This document shows positions 32,151 through 41,350 of a DNA stretch of 64,000 nt, in pieces (the first letter of the stretch is position 1; each line of letters opens with the position of its first letter). Source of the DNA: Diplonema japonicum (lineage: Eukaryota > Protista > Euglenozoa: Diplonemea). The stretch lies in assembly GCA_964019335.1 (NCBI GenBank), contig OZ025661.1, forward strand, positions 732,673 through 796,672, given 5' to 3'. The translations under genes and the position numbers were made by a program. Below the pieces are notes generated by a model that was not told the origin of the DNA, searched no databases, and was given only the letters and a program-made list of their open reading frames with translations.

Positions 32151-34349
32151 ATGTCGACCTCCAACAAGAAGAAAAAGAGGCCCGCTCACCACAAGTCCAG
32201 GACGGAAGAAATCCTGGAGAAAGCCCGCGGTGAGCGGGTAAAGGACAACGCCGCCGCCAGGGCGAAGCGCACGCGCGAGGAGGTGGAGAGGAAGCGCGCA
32301 GAGGGGGTCACGCCGGTGGTGACACCCTCCCCCGGGCAAGGGAAGAAGGCGGCCAGAAGGGCCAGACAGAAGGCAGCAGCTGCTGACGCTGCCACCGCCG
32401 CCGCTTCGGGCTCCGACGACTCTGTCGTCTTAATTAGCGAGTCGCCGGGCGTTGTCACCTCGTTCACGGTCGACACGCCAGAGGTCAGGAGGGCGAGGAT
32501 GAGGACTGCTGCCGCCGACACCACTGCCACTGCTCCTGCACCTGCTGCTGCCGACTCCCCTGCTCCTGCACCTGCTGCTGCCGACACCACTGCTCCTGCG
32601 CCTGCTGCTGCCGACTCCCCTGCTCCTGCGCCTGCTCCAGCCTCTACTGCTGCCGTGTGGTCTACTGCCGTCCTCACTGCCGCTGCCTGCGACACCGCCC
32701 TCCCCATGTCGGACTCTGACACCGACGAGAAGGACACGGCCCCCGCTCCCGCACCGGCCCCGGAGCCTCACTGGGATCTGGTCCCCGACACGTGGGACGC
32801 CCCCATCTACACCAACACTGCTCCCCCTGAGGAGGTGCCCCGCGCCGTCGTCGCTCTCGACGACCTCCAGCAGGTGGACGCGATTCGCACTGCGAGGCCC
32901 ACGGCCTCCCTGACCTTCGTCCTCTTGACGGAGGTTGCCGGTTCGACCACCCCATGCACCGTCATCGTACTCGCCGGCCAGCGTGTCGTGCACAAGGCCG
33001 TGCACACCTTCTCGGTCGGGTCGAACCCCCCCTCCTACACCCCACTCGCTTCTTTTGATGGCGGCTCTGAGGTAGTGTACGTCAGCGTGAAAGCTGACAG
33101 CGTGAACGCGGCGAAGGCCAGGGTTCGGGACCTCGTCGCGACCCAGGGCGTGGCGGTGGAGGAGCAGGCGATCTTCCGCCCGAAGAAGATCGACGGGAAC
33201 GAGCCGCGGGCGCGGCACTGGAGCCACGAGGTGGGCCTGCGGCTCCCGGCGGCATCCGTCCATGCGGTACTCCGGGCCTCGGGCGACGGCTGCATGGTCA
33301 GGACGACCGAGCGGCGCGGGGGGTACACCTACGTGCCCATCGTAGCGGAGGGGAGGGCGGAGGCCTTCCAGCTGGCGAAGGCACTGGGCGGGTTGTCCCT
33401 GGGGGTGGCCCATCGCAAGGGTTGGACCGTGAGGTGCCTGCCGGAGACGGAGCAGCGTCTGAGGGAGGCCCTCGCCAAGCAGAGGACAAAGCGTCGGTAC
33501 CTGCTCACCGGAGCCCCGCTGTCTGTTACCAGGGCAGCCTTCGACGGGATGATGGACCACATCGGTTGGAAGCCGTCGTCCATCATCCGACGCTCTGACA
33601 CGGCGTTCCAGGGCACGAGGCAACTCGTGTTCTTCATCGTCGCCGACGCCCCGCCCCCCAAGGCCAGGACATGGCTCTTCGGCTCTCGTCTCGTTCGACT
33701 GCACGACGCGGAAGACCACCCGAGCGTCACGCTCCCGCCCCGCACCAACAAGAAGGCTCCACCCGCGGCTCGGACGCCGGTTGCGGCAACCACGGCCCAG
33801 ACGCCGACGCCGGCCCCTGGCCCCACGGTGCAGTCCACAGGGCTGCCGAGCACCAATCCGTGGTCATCTCCACCGAGCTCGGTTGCCCCTCCGCCACTTG
33901 GCACTGTGACTCCGGTCTCCTCTGCGGCTTCCCCGACCACGACACCTCCCCGTGACTCCCAGAAGAAGAATCCCGCACCGGAACCAGAGGTCCCGGCGCT
34001 CCTCGCGCTGATCCAGTCGATGCAGGCGACCATCGACGGTCTGCAGGCGACGGTCCGCGACCTCCAGGAGAGGATGGCAGCGTCACTTGGCGCGCCGGCG
34101 TCATCTGCAGACGGAGCTGGGCGGACGGCAGTGGCTGGGAAGGGCAAGGGCGGCAAGGCTGGGTCCAAGGCAGGGACGAAGGGGCACCAGGCGCAGGGCG
34201 TAAGCACGCCAGGCCCCTACCCGACATCGACGGAGCAAGGGGGCGGAAGGGGACGCGCCCAGTCGCTGGCTGGCGACTCTGCTTCCCCCAACGGGGCCGG
34301 CCGTGGACGGGCAGCCTCTGTGGGCCCGGCCCCCGCCCCTGCCAATTGA
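32151..34349 (+). CDS. Family B1 ORF1
   Basis: ATG at 32151. Basic N-terminus, Ala/Pro tandem repeats (32505-32650), and a C-terminal half homologous to 46086-46913 (FQGTRQLVFFIV, RTWL, DHP). Confidence 0.85.
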   Translation: MSTSNKKKKRPAHHKSRTEEILEKARGERVKDNAAARAKRTREEVERKRAEGVTPVVTPSPGQGKKAARRARQKAAAADAATAAASGSDDSVVLISESPGVVTSFTVDTPEVRRARMRTAAADTTATAPAPAAADSPAPAPAAADTTAPAPAAADSPAPAPAPASTAAVWSTAVLTAAACDTALPMSDSDTDEKDTAPAPAPAPEPHWDLVPDTWDAPIYTNTAPPEEVPRAVVALDDLQQVDAIRTARPTASLTFVLLTEVAGSTTPCTVIVLAGQRVVHKAVHTFSVGSNPPSYTPLASFDGGSEVVYVSVKADSVNAAKARVRDLVATQGVAVEEQAIFRPKKIDGNEPRARHWSHEVGLRLPAASVHAVLRASGDGCMVRTTERRGGYTYVPIVAEGRAEAFQLAKALGGLSLGVAHRKGWTVRCLPETEQRLREALAKQRTKRRYLLTGAPLSVTRAAFDGMMDHIGWKPSSIIRRSDTAFQGTRQLVFFIVADAPPPKARTWLFGSRLVRLHDAEDHPSVTLPPRTNKKAPPAARTPVAATTAQTPTPAPGPTVQSTGLPSTNPWSSPPSSVAPPPLGTVTPVSSAASPTTTPPRDSQKKNPAPEPEVPALLALIQSMQATIDGLQATVRDLQERMAASLGAPASSADGAGRTAVAGKGKGGKAGSKAGTKGHQAQGVSTPGPYPTSTEQGGGRGRAQSLAGDSASPNGAGRGRAASVGPAPAPAN

Positions 34350-37300
34350 AGGGGTCCCGCTGAGCAGGGGGGGCGTCAGATCGACGACCACGCCCCCTCT
34401 CCTGGTCTCCCGCGCATACAGCCGAGGAGACACCTTCCACATCACTTGTACGACGTCCTCCCTTCCTTGATCCCTTCCTTACTTGAACGGATGTCGGCCA
34501 GGGACCTGCTGGGGCTGCTTGGGCTGGTTGAGACGAACCCCGGTCCACCTAAGAAGCTCCCACCCCCGAAGCCGAAGGGACTCAGGGTCCTGTCCTGGAA
34601 CTGCAACGGTCTTGCCGCCAAGTGGTCAACCGTGTCCTACCACGCTGTCCTACTGACGCTGGATATCATTATGATCCAGGAGACACACCTTAGGGAGGGG
34701 CATGAGACACCATACCTGCCTGGATACACGTCCTACAGGAGGGACCGCACAACACCGGTGACGGACGGCTCTGCGACGAGAGGCGGTGGTGTCATCACGT
34801 ATGTCCGTGACTGCCTTGCCTCGGAGGAAGCTCCTTTCGTACTCCCTGAAGGTGACAGTGTCACTGAGCGATTAGACGTGAGGATCTCCTGTGTGAAGCG
34901 CGTCCCGGTCACCCTCTCCAACGTGTACCTCACGCCTGTGAGTATAAGCAGAGGAACAAGGGACCCCGAGTACCTACGGCCGGGCAGCCTACCTGTGGGG
35001 AAGAACACGATCGTTGCTGGCGACTTCAACGCACACCACAGCTCTTGGGATGCCAAGGTGACAACGCCCAACGAAAGGGGGAACGTGGTCAGGGACTGGC
35101 TTGACACCCACGGCTACACCGTCTACAACAACCGAGACGAGCCGACGCGGGACTCACCGCCACGCGTTCTGGACCTGGTGGTGGGACGTTGTGCGGAACT
35201 GGAGCCGAGGACGTTGGGGACGTGGGGCTCTGATCACAGCCCGGTTTCCTTCCGCCTGCCGCTTGAGGACGCCTACTGCTCGGAGCGACCCTGCCCTACC
35301 TGGAACTTCAAAAAGGCCAGGTGGGACGACTTCACCGCGGCCGCCGCTGCCCTTCTGACCAAGATCGACACGAAGGCCCACATTGACTCCTTCACGAAGG
35401 AGGTTACAGAGGCTCTTCTGCATGCAGCTGACGACCACATTCCGCTTTGCGGAGTGCGACGAGGCCCGACCCCCTGGTGGACGGCCGAACTCGAAGACGC
35501 CTTCGAAGAACGGAACGCCCTGCGGGATCGCTTCCTCAAGTCGGCTGAGACTGAGGACGACAGCGTGGCGGCGGTCTACAAGGCGAAGGTCAAGGAGGTA
35601 AACCAACTCATGACCGAGTCGAAGCGCGCGGCCTGGGGTGAGATGGCGGCTGACCTCAGTCGGAGCAAGGACCTCGGGTCTGCGTTTAGGGCGGTGAAGA
35701 AGCTGGACGGCAGACACCGCAGACCGCACCTTCCCATTCTCGAGGGGAGGTTCGTGACGGACAAGGCGAAAGCCGACCGCCTGGGGGCTCACTTCGGCAA
35801 GCTCTACGGCCAGGGTGGTGATGGGGACGCGGTGGACGTAGCTCCTTCGACGAACGTGCTTGGGTGCCACGCCTTTACGGTGTATGATCTCACCCGCGGT
35901 CTGGGAAGGATGAAGACACGCAGTGCAGCGGGTGATGATGGCATCTTCGCGGAGATGCTTCTCCACCTCGACCAACCCTCGCTCGGGGTTCTACTTCTGC
36001 TCCTCAATCGCTCATGGCAGGCGGGGATCGTGCCGGGTGCCTGGAAGAAGGGGGTGATTGTTCCAGTGGCGAAGGCAGGGAAGGACGCCACGTTGCTTGC
36101 ATCGTACCGTCCCATATGTCTCACTAGCTGTCTTTGTAAGCTGCTTGAGAGGATGATAGAGGAGAGGCTTACCTTTCTCCTAGACTCTAGCGCGTCGGGC
36201 GTTGAGGGTCTCCACGACAGCCAGGCTGGCTTCAGGAGGGGCCGCTCCACGGAGGAGCAGGTGGCGTCCCTGACCGGGTGCCTGTCGAGGAACAAAGACA
36301 GTCGGCGTCTGTCGGCTGCCCTGCTGTTTGACTTCTCATCTGCGTTTGACCTGGTTCAGCACGAAGCTCTCTTGGGCATGATGCGGAGGAAAGGGATCCC
36401 TGAGCCCTTCGTCGAATGGACGCGCTCCTTCCTCTGCGGTCGTACGGCGGCGGTCACGGTGGGTCGTTCGCGAGGGTCGACGACGAAGGTGAGGAGAGGG
36501 GTGCCCCAAGGGTCTGTGCTGGGACCCGTCCTTTACACCATCTACGTCGACGAGCTAGCCAGGTTGCTGGTTGGGATGGCGGACCTGTCGGTTCTTTATG
36601 CCGACGATGTTGCGGTGGTGGTCTCAGCCGGGCAGGGCGACCTGGCTGGTCTTGAGCGAGGGGCCCAGGCTGTGATGGACGCGGTTGAGGGCTGGTGTGG
36701 GAGACGGGGCATGCTGCTGAGCTCCAGCAAGTCGCAGGCAGTGTGCGTTCCCTATCAGAAGCGGCTTAATGTCTACTTCTCTTCGTCGCGTGTCCCGCTT
36801 TGCCCGGGGGCCTTCCAGGACCCTGTCCTTAATCTTGGGGTTGGGGTCTGTGGGACCTTGTCTGGCGTCCGTGAGCTGTCTGGCTTTCGGGTCGTGGAGG
36901 CGGGTGGCAAACGGTCCTTCGACATTCCCGCCGCCATCCGGAGGTCCGACATTGGTTACATGGCGGCTCGCCCCTTGCCTCTATGTGGGTCGGCGAAGTA
37001 TCTTGGGGTCACTGTAGACTCTGGGCTCACGTTTGACGAGCATGCGGGGGATGTCCTGAGGAGCGCTGACAAGAGGCTGAGGGTACTAAGGCTCCTGTCG
37101 GGCACGACCTGGGGGTGCAAGAAGGCCACGCTCCGATCTCTGTACCTCACGTACGTTCTCCCGCTACTCCGGTACTGCATGGGTGTTTACTTTGCCAGGC
37201 TCAGGGACAGCAGGGTGGAGGAGCTTGTTGGGCTCCACCAGAGAGCGGCGGTGCTGATCTCGGGTTGTTGGCACGGCTCGGGCACGGCGAAGGTTGTTGC

Positions 37301-38657
37301 TGAGGCAGGTCTGCTACCCCTCCGACAGATGGCTGAGGGAGCTGCGGCGGTGTTGACGGCGAAGTCGTTCTGCTGGAGGACCTCCCCGGTTCACCGCGAG
37401 GTCCTTGAGCAGAAGCGGATGACCGGTATGGGCAATGGGTGGCTGCGTGCGGGTATCCTTGCGCTACGACGCTGCGGACTGCAGGGGTGGACGACGCAGG
37501 AAGGCTTCAGGAAGTACGACACCTTCGAGCTACTGACTGCCTCGCCCAAAGTAGCACCGTGGCACGCGTTCCTGGTGGAGTTCAGAACTGCCCTTCCCGG
37601 CAGGGTCACGCGTTCGTCGCCGGACGTGGATAAGCGGAAGGCGGCCGTGGAGGCTCTGGCTGCCCTTCCACCGGGTATCCATGCCTATACGGATGGTTCT
37701 GTCGTACGGGACCGCCAGAGGTGGAGGGGCGGCGCCGGGGTCTACTTGCAGCTCCCCCGCCCCCACGAACCCGTGTCCGAGAGCTTCGGCGTCAGCAATT
37801 TCTGCTCTTCCTTTCGGGCGGAGGGTCTGGCTGTCAAGGTGGCTCTGGACATGGTGGCCGCGCTCCGGAGCGAGCACCCCACGTTGGCAGACAGCCGGCT
37901 GTCGATCTGTACCGACTCGCTCTCTCTCCTTGATCAGCTGAGGGCAGGTCCTTCGCGGCAGAGGGAGAGGCTCGACCACGAGACCTGGGAACTGCTGGTG
38001 GCCGCGGCACGTGCACAAGGTGCACCAGTCATTCTCCAGTTTGTGCCGTCCCACTGCGGGGTTCCTGGCAACGAGGCGGCAGACAGGCTGGCCGGGGAGG
38101 GCACGAAGCGCGAGCTGACTCGCCCCTCTCTCGACTACAGGTCGGTCAGGGCCCTGGTCCGTCGCCAGATTCAGCAGAGGTCTGCGGTCATTGTCGGGGA
38201 GGTGGCCCCGAGGTACGCGAGGGCCACGGGGCTCCGAGCGGCGTGCTTCCCCCAGTCCCTCCCCAGGCTAGCGGAGACGGTCATCTCGCGGCTGAGGGTA
38301 GGGCACTCCGCTCTCTTCTTCGGCTTCCTGCAGGCGGCTGGACCGAACAGGAAGAAGGCTGAGCTCAGCTGCCCAGCGTGTGGAGCAAAGATGTCCAGGG
38401 AGCACGTTGTTGGGGGGTGCGCTGTGGTTGGACGGGGTTCGCTCGACGCTCCCAATGGACGCCCCTCGCTGGTGGAGTGCCTGTCAAAACGCGTGACGCA
38501 GGTATTCACCCTCATCGCCGACTCTGGCTTGCTTGACTGGGCCAGATCCGGGGTCTTCACGTCGCCGTCTGCGGCAACGGCAGGTACCGCTGCCCCTTCG
38601 TTCATCCCGCCGGCTGTCTCCCTTGACGCCGGCCCTGCGGCCCCCGTGTTGCGCTGA
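34350..38657 (+). CDS. Family B1 ORF2: 2A-like-APE-RT-RNase H-CCHC (in frame with ORF1; first ATG at 34491)
   Basis: LVETNPGP; SWNCNG, IQETH, GDFNAHH, GSDH; PQGSVLGP, YADD; YTDGS, TDSLS, PSHCGVPGNEAAD; CPAC..SREHVVGGC. Confidence 0.95.
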   Translation, partial: RGPAEQGGRQIDDHAPSPGLPRIQPRRHLPHHLYDVLPSLIPSLLERMSARDLLGLLGLVETNPGPPKKLPPPKPKGLRVLSWNCNGLAAKWSTVSYHAVLLTLDIIMIQETHLREGHETPYLPGYTSYRRDRTTPVTDGSATRGGGVITYVRDCLASEEAPFVLPEGDSVTERLDVRISCVKRVPVTLSNVYLTPVSISRGTRDPEYLRPGSLPVGKNTIVAGDFNAHHSSWDAKVTTPNERGNVVRDWLDTHGYTVYNNRDEPTRDSPPRVLDLVVGRCAELEPRTLGTWGSDHSPVSFRLPLEDAYCSERPCPTWNFKKARWDDFTAAAAALLTKIDTKAHIDSFTKEVTEALLHAADDHIPLCGVRRGPTPWWTAELEDAFEERNALRDRFLKSAETEDDSVAAVYKAKVKEVNQLMTESKRAAWGEMAADLSRSKDLGSAFRAVKKLDGRHRRPHLPILEGRFVTDKAKADRLGAHFGKLYGQGGDGDAVDVAPSTNVLGCHAFTVYDLTRGLGRMKTRSAAGDDGIFAEMLLHLDQPSLGVLLLLLNRSWQAGIVPGAWKKGVIVPVAKAGKDATLLASYRPICLTSCLCKLLERMIEERLTFLLDSSASGVEGLHDSQAGFRRGRSTEEQVASLTGCLSRNKDSRRLSAALLFDFSSAFDLVQHEALLGMMRRKGIPEPFVEWTRSFLCGRTAAVTVGRSRGSTTKVRRGVPQGSVLGPVLYTIYVDELARLLVGMADLSVLYADDVAVVVSAGQGDLAGLERGAQAVMDAVEGWCGRRGMLLSSSKSQAVCVPYQKRLNVYFSSSRVPLCPGAFQDPVLNLGVGVCGTLSGVRELSGFRVVEAGGKRSFDIPAAIRRSDIGYMAARPLPLCGSAKYLGVTVDSGLTFDEHAGDVLRSADKRLRVLRLLSGTTWGCKKATLRSLYLTYVLPLLRYCMGVYFARLRDSRVEELVGLHQRAAVLISGCWHGSGTAKVVAEAGLLPLRQMAEGAAAVLTAKSFCWRTSPVHREVLEQKRMTGMGNGWLRAGILALRRCGLQGWTTQEGFRKYDTFELLTASPKVAPWHAFLVEFRTALPGRVTRSSPDVDKRKAAVEALAALPPGIHAYTDGSVVRDRQRWRGGAGVYLQLPRPHEPVSESFGVSNFCSSFRAEGLAVKVALDMVAALRSEHPTLADSRLSICTDSLSLLDQLRAGPSRQRERLDHETWELLVAAARAQGAPVILQFVPSHCGVPGNEAADRLAGEGTKRELTRPSLDYRSVRALVRRQIQQRSAVIVGEVAPRYARATGLRAACFPQSLPRLAETVISRLRVGHSALFFGFLQAAGPNRKKAELSCPACGAKMSREHVVGGCAVVGRGSLDAPNGRPSLVECLSKRVTQVFTLIADSGLLDWARSGVFTSPSAATAGTAAPSFIPPAVSLDAGPAAPVLR

Positions 38658-39397
38658 AGTGAGTAGGGTGAGATCAACATTTCAATTCTTTTAGTGCTTA
38701 CGTTCCCTTCCCCTCTCTTCCACTCCCTCTCATCCTTTTCTTTATCATCATCCGGCGTCTGGCCTTTCTCTTACCAGTATGCCCGTCCCCTTTTAAACTT
38801 TTAAATTTTTAAAATTAACATCCTCTTGTTATCGTGTGCCCTGACATTGTAGTCAAAAACGGATGGCCCGGCCTACTCTGAAGTTGCCCAGATGAGTCCT
38901 CTCATCTTCGCACGAACGAGTGTGGTACGGCCATCCCCTCCCCCCGCCAGCCGGAGTGCAGCGGGGAGAGCAAATGCTTCCCCTATCATCCCCATGCGCA
39001 CACGCACACTCGCTTCCCCTTTTGATTTTGAGAGATTTTACTCTCACCCTTTCATGTTTCGCTCAATGGAGCAAATCCCTCTCGAGGGGGCGACCGGGGC
39101 CAGTTCCGGTCACCAGAGGTCCCAGTTGAGAAAAACGACGAACTGGGGTCAAGGTCCCCGTCCGAGTCACGTAGGTCTACGCGGCTTGGAATTAAAGTAA
39201 TTCAGCCCTCTTCGGCTGTTCCAAACAGGTGCACGGGTTGGCGGAGTCCACAGCTCCATCTGATTGCAGAAGAACTGGTCTTCGCCCTCCCTGTAATATT
39301 TCCATGCTTCCCTTCACCTTTCCCCTTCCCAGGTGTTGCTCCCCCATGGTGGCACCTATTGGTATTTTGAAAAAAAAAAAAAAACCACAGGTTTTTA

Positions 39398-39518
39398 GGG
39401 GTCGAATACACACACACACATGAAAATGTAAGCCCGACCCGAGTGTGTGTGGTGGCTGCTCACCTCCCAGTGGTGGCCCTGGGCAACGTGCACGCAAGGT
39501 GCACGGCCAAGAGGCAGC
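39398..39518 (+). ncRNA. HDV-like self-cleaving ribozyme 1
   Basis: P1 GGGGUC/GGCCCU (G.U at +1), P2 GCUGCUC/GAGGCAGC, P3 ACC/GGU, L3 UCCCAGU, J1/4 GG-GCAAC, P4 GUGCAC/GUGCAC, J4/2 GGCCAA (catalytic C at 39507). Confidence 0.8.
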
Positions 39519-39629
39519 TTCCCTCTTGTTGTGTGGGGTGAGTCGTGTGGTGACGCTGGACCCCTGGCCGAGCAAAACGAGGGGGGTGGCTGGAGCGAAG
39601 ACGGTCTGTTTGGCACAAGCCGCTATTAA

Positions 39630-39754
39630 GGGGTCCGATTACACACACACATGAACATGTAGACGAACGCGGTGTGTGTGGTGGCTGCCCACCTCCACGG
39701 TGGTGGTCCCTGGGCAACGCGCAGGTGGTGAAGGTTGCGCGGCTGAGAGGCAGC
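39630..39754 (+). ncRNA. HDV-like self-cleaving ribozyme 2
   Basis: P1 GGGGUCC/GGUCCCU (one U-U), P2 GCUGCCC/GAGGCAGC, P3 ACC/GGU, L3 UCCACGGU, GG-GCAAC, P4 GCGCA/UGCGC, J4/2 GGCUGA (C at 39743). Confidence 0.78.
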
Positions 39755-40967
39755 TCGAGAGGAGGAGCAGGGGAACGGTGTTGCGTTGGGCGGCCGAGGG
39801 CCGGAGCCGGAGCGCCGTGTTGGATGGCATCCCCTGGGGAAGCCTCCTGCACGCCAGAACGAGGACCGGATCCGGAGACGCCGTTTGATGGTTTTCCTGG
39901 GGAAGCTGACCTGAACGCCCGAGCGAAGTGGCCTGAGCGTGGGGAGCACTGTTTGCCGACAGAAAACAAGATTAATGCAAAATGTCCAGAGTGCGCAACA
40001 GTGTTTTCCACGTGAGGGGTTCGATTTCAAAGTGGGTCCTCCAGCCACCAGAGTTGTAGGCTGGGTTCCCGCGGAGAGAGAATCGGAGCGGAGGCGTCAA
40101 GTACGGTGGACCACCTCAAGGGATGTAAGTCCATTGTGTGACACAGTCTCTCGGTGAAGGTCCGACTTCTGGTGGGTAGGCAGGCAGAACCGTATAGGGG
40201 TGTAAGGAACACCATTGTGTGACCTGTCGCACACGGGGAAAGCCCAAGGCCGGTGGGTTATCTGCCAACGTGTCCCCCTCCTCTACTTCGCCTCTCACAA
40301 CCTCTTCCTCCCCGCTGACGATTGACTCCACAGCACTCGCCGGCCTACCTGGTGCGCCCGCGTCATTACGCGATAGGGAGTCTCGTTGGAAAAACATCTT
40401 TCGCAGCTGAGAAGGGGGGTTTTTTTTTTTAGAAATAGTAACCAGTAATTCTTTTTTCCCCCTCCCCCATTGGTTTCCCTTTCTTTTTATTTTCCCTACC
40501 AGGCTCCTTTTCTAGTTATGCATTCCTCCCTTCTTTGTGGAAGTTGAGTTCTGAACTTGACTTTTCCTTTTACATTTCCTTTTTCAAATTTATATTTTAG
40601 GCTCCCACAGCCCAACAAAACCAGCAGATGGTGGGGTCCCTGTGGCTGGATAAATCAAAATTAGGGATCTCATCGCCGTCCTTTAATATTTGGGGTTGTC
40701 TTTATTTGGTGACAGCCGAAGCCTTCGAGGCCCAAGAGCTGCGTGGCGGGGGAATGGGGAAAAATAAGAAAGGTGGATGTCGGGGGCCCAGGAAAATATA
40801 CAAGAGGTCGAGCAAACGAGCAAGAGGTCCCCCCCGATATGGCTCAGTAAGAGAGACTGTTTTAACCTTCCCTTCCCAATTTTTATGGTTTCAACTTTCT
40901 CCGCCCCCCATCCCCCCCCCGCCTGGTAGTGGAATAATTATTATTATTATTAAAAGTATTTCCGAAG

Positions 40968-41050
40968 CCTCTCGTAGCTCAATTGGTAGAGCGCGCGACT
41001 GTAGAATAATAGCCATCGCGCGGCCGCTGGTTCGATTCCGGCCGAGAGGA
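40968..41050 (+). tRNA. tRNA-Tyr(GTA) with 10-nt intron (41005-41014)
   Basis: Acceptor stem CCTCTCG/CGAGAGG, D arm GCTC-AATTGGTA-GAGC, CGCGA-CTGTAG[AATAATAGCC]A-TCGCG, GGTTCGATTCC, T6 terminator. Confidence 0.95.
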
Positions 41051-41135
41051 TTTTTTGGATGTCAGAAGAGGAATTTCTGATATAAGTGCACTTTAAACAA
41101 AAAAAAGTGTTTACTTCCCGCCCGGCGATTGTAAC

Positions 41136-41206
41136 GCGTAAATGGTCTAGTGGTAGAATGGCTCCCTGCCACGGAGTCGGCCCGGGTTCGATTCCCGGTT
41201 TACGCA
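41136..41206 (+). tRNA. tRNA-Gly(GCC)
   Basis: Identical to 15342-15412. Confidence 0.96.
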
Positions 41207-41278
41207 TTTTTTAATCCCTATCATAAAATGGTGGTGAAAAAAGGTGGGCAAGTAAAAAAGGGAAGACGGGAAAAAAGA

Positions 41279-41350
41279 AGGGCACGCCCGGGTTCGAACC
41301 AGGGACCAATCGGACTGCAGCCGAACGCTCTACCACTGAGCTACGTACCC
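41279..41350 (-). tRNA. tRNA-Cys(GCA)
   Basis: Reverse complement is GGGTACG-TA-GCTCAGTGGTAGAGC-G-TTCGG-CTGCAGT-CCGAT...GGTTCGAACCCGGG-CGTGCCC-T. Confidence 0.93.

Larger units (their letters stand above)
32125..39384 (+). mobile_element. Non-LTR retrotransposon family B1, apparently complete ORFs, poly(A) tail
   Basis: ORF1, ORF2 and a 3' UTR homologous to the minus-strand copies, ending ATTGGTATTTTG(A)n at 39370-39384. Confidence 0.92.
39385..40953 (+). mobile_element. Non-autonomous retroelement (SINE/SIDER-like) with tandem 5' ribozymes and (TAT)n tail
   Basis: No RT; only short CxxC relics (CPECATVF). The tail GGTAGTGGAATAAT(TAT)n resembles family A, and its last ~280 bp recur inverted at 49161-49446. 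Confidence 0.75.

Noticed and set aside
34347-34349. UGA reassigned to Trp or Sec
   Set aside because: Several host genes and B1 ORF2 end in TGA, Trp is encoded by TGG, and I could not identify a SECIS.
32186-34548. Long antisense ORFs (up to 429 aa) over ORF1
   Set aside because: Shadow frames of GC-rich coding sequence with no recognisable motifs.
38860-38940. Possible hammerhead in the B1 3' UTR
   Set aside because: Inverted repeats are present (GGATGGCC/GGCCATCC), but there is no correctly placed CUGANGA/GAAA core.
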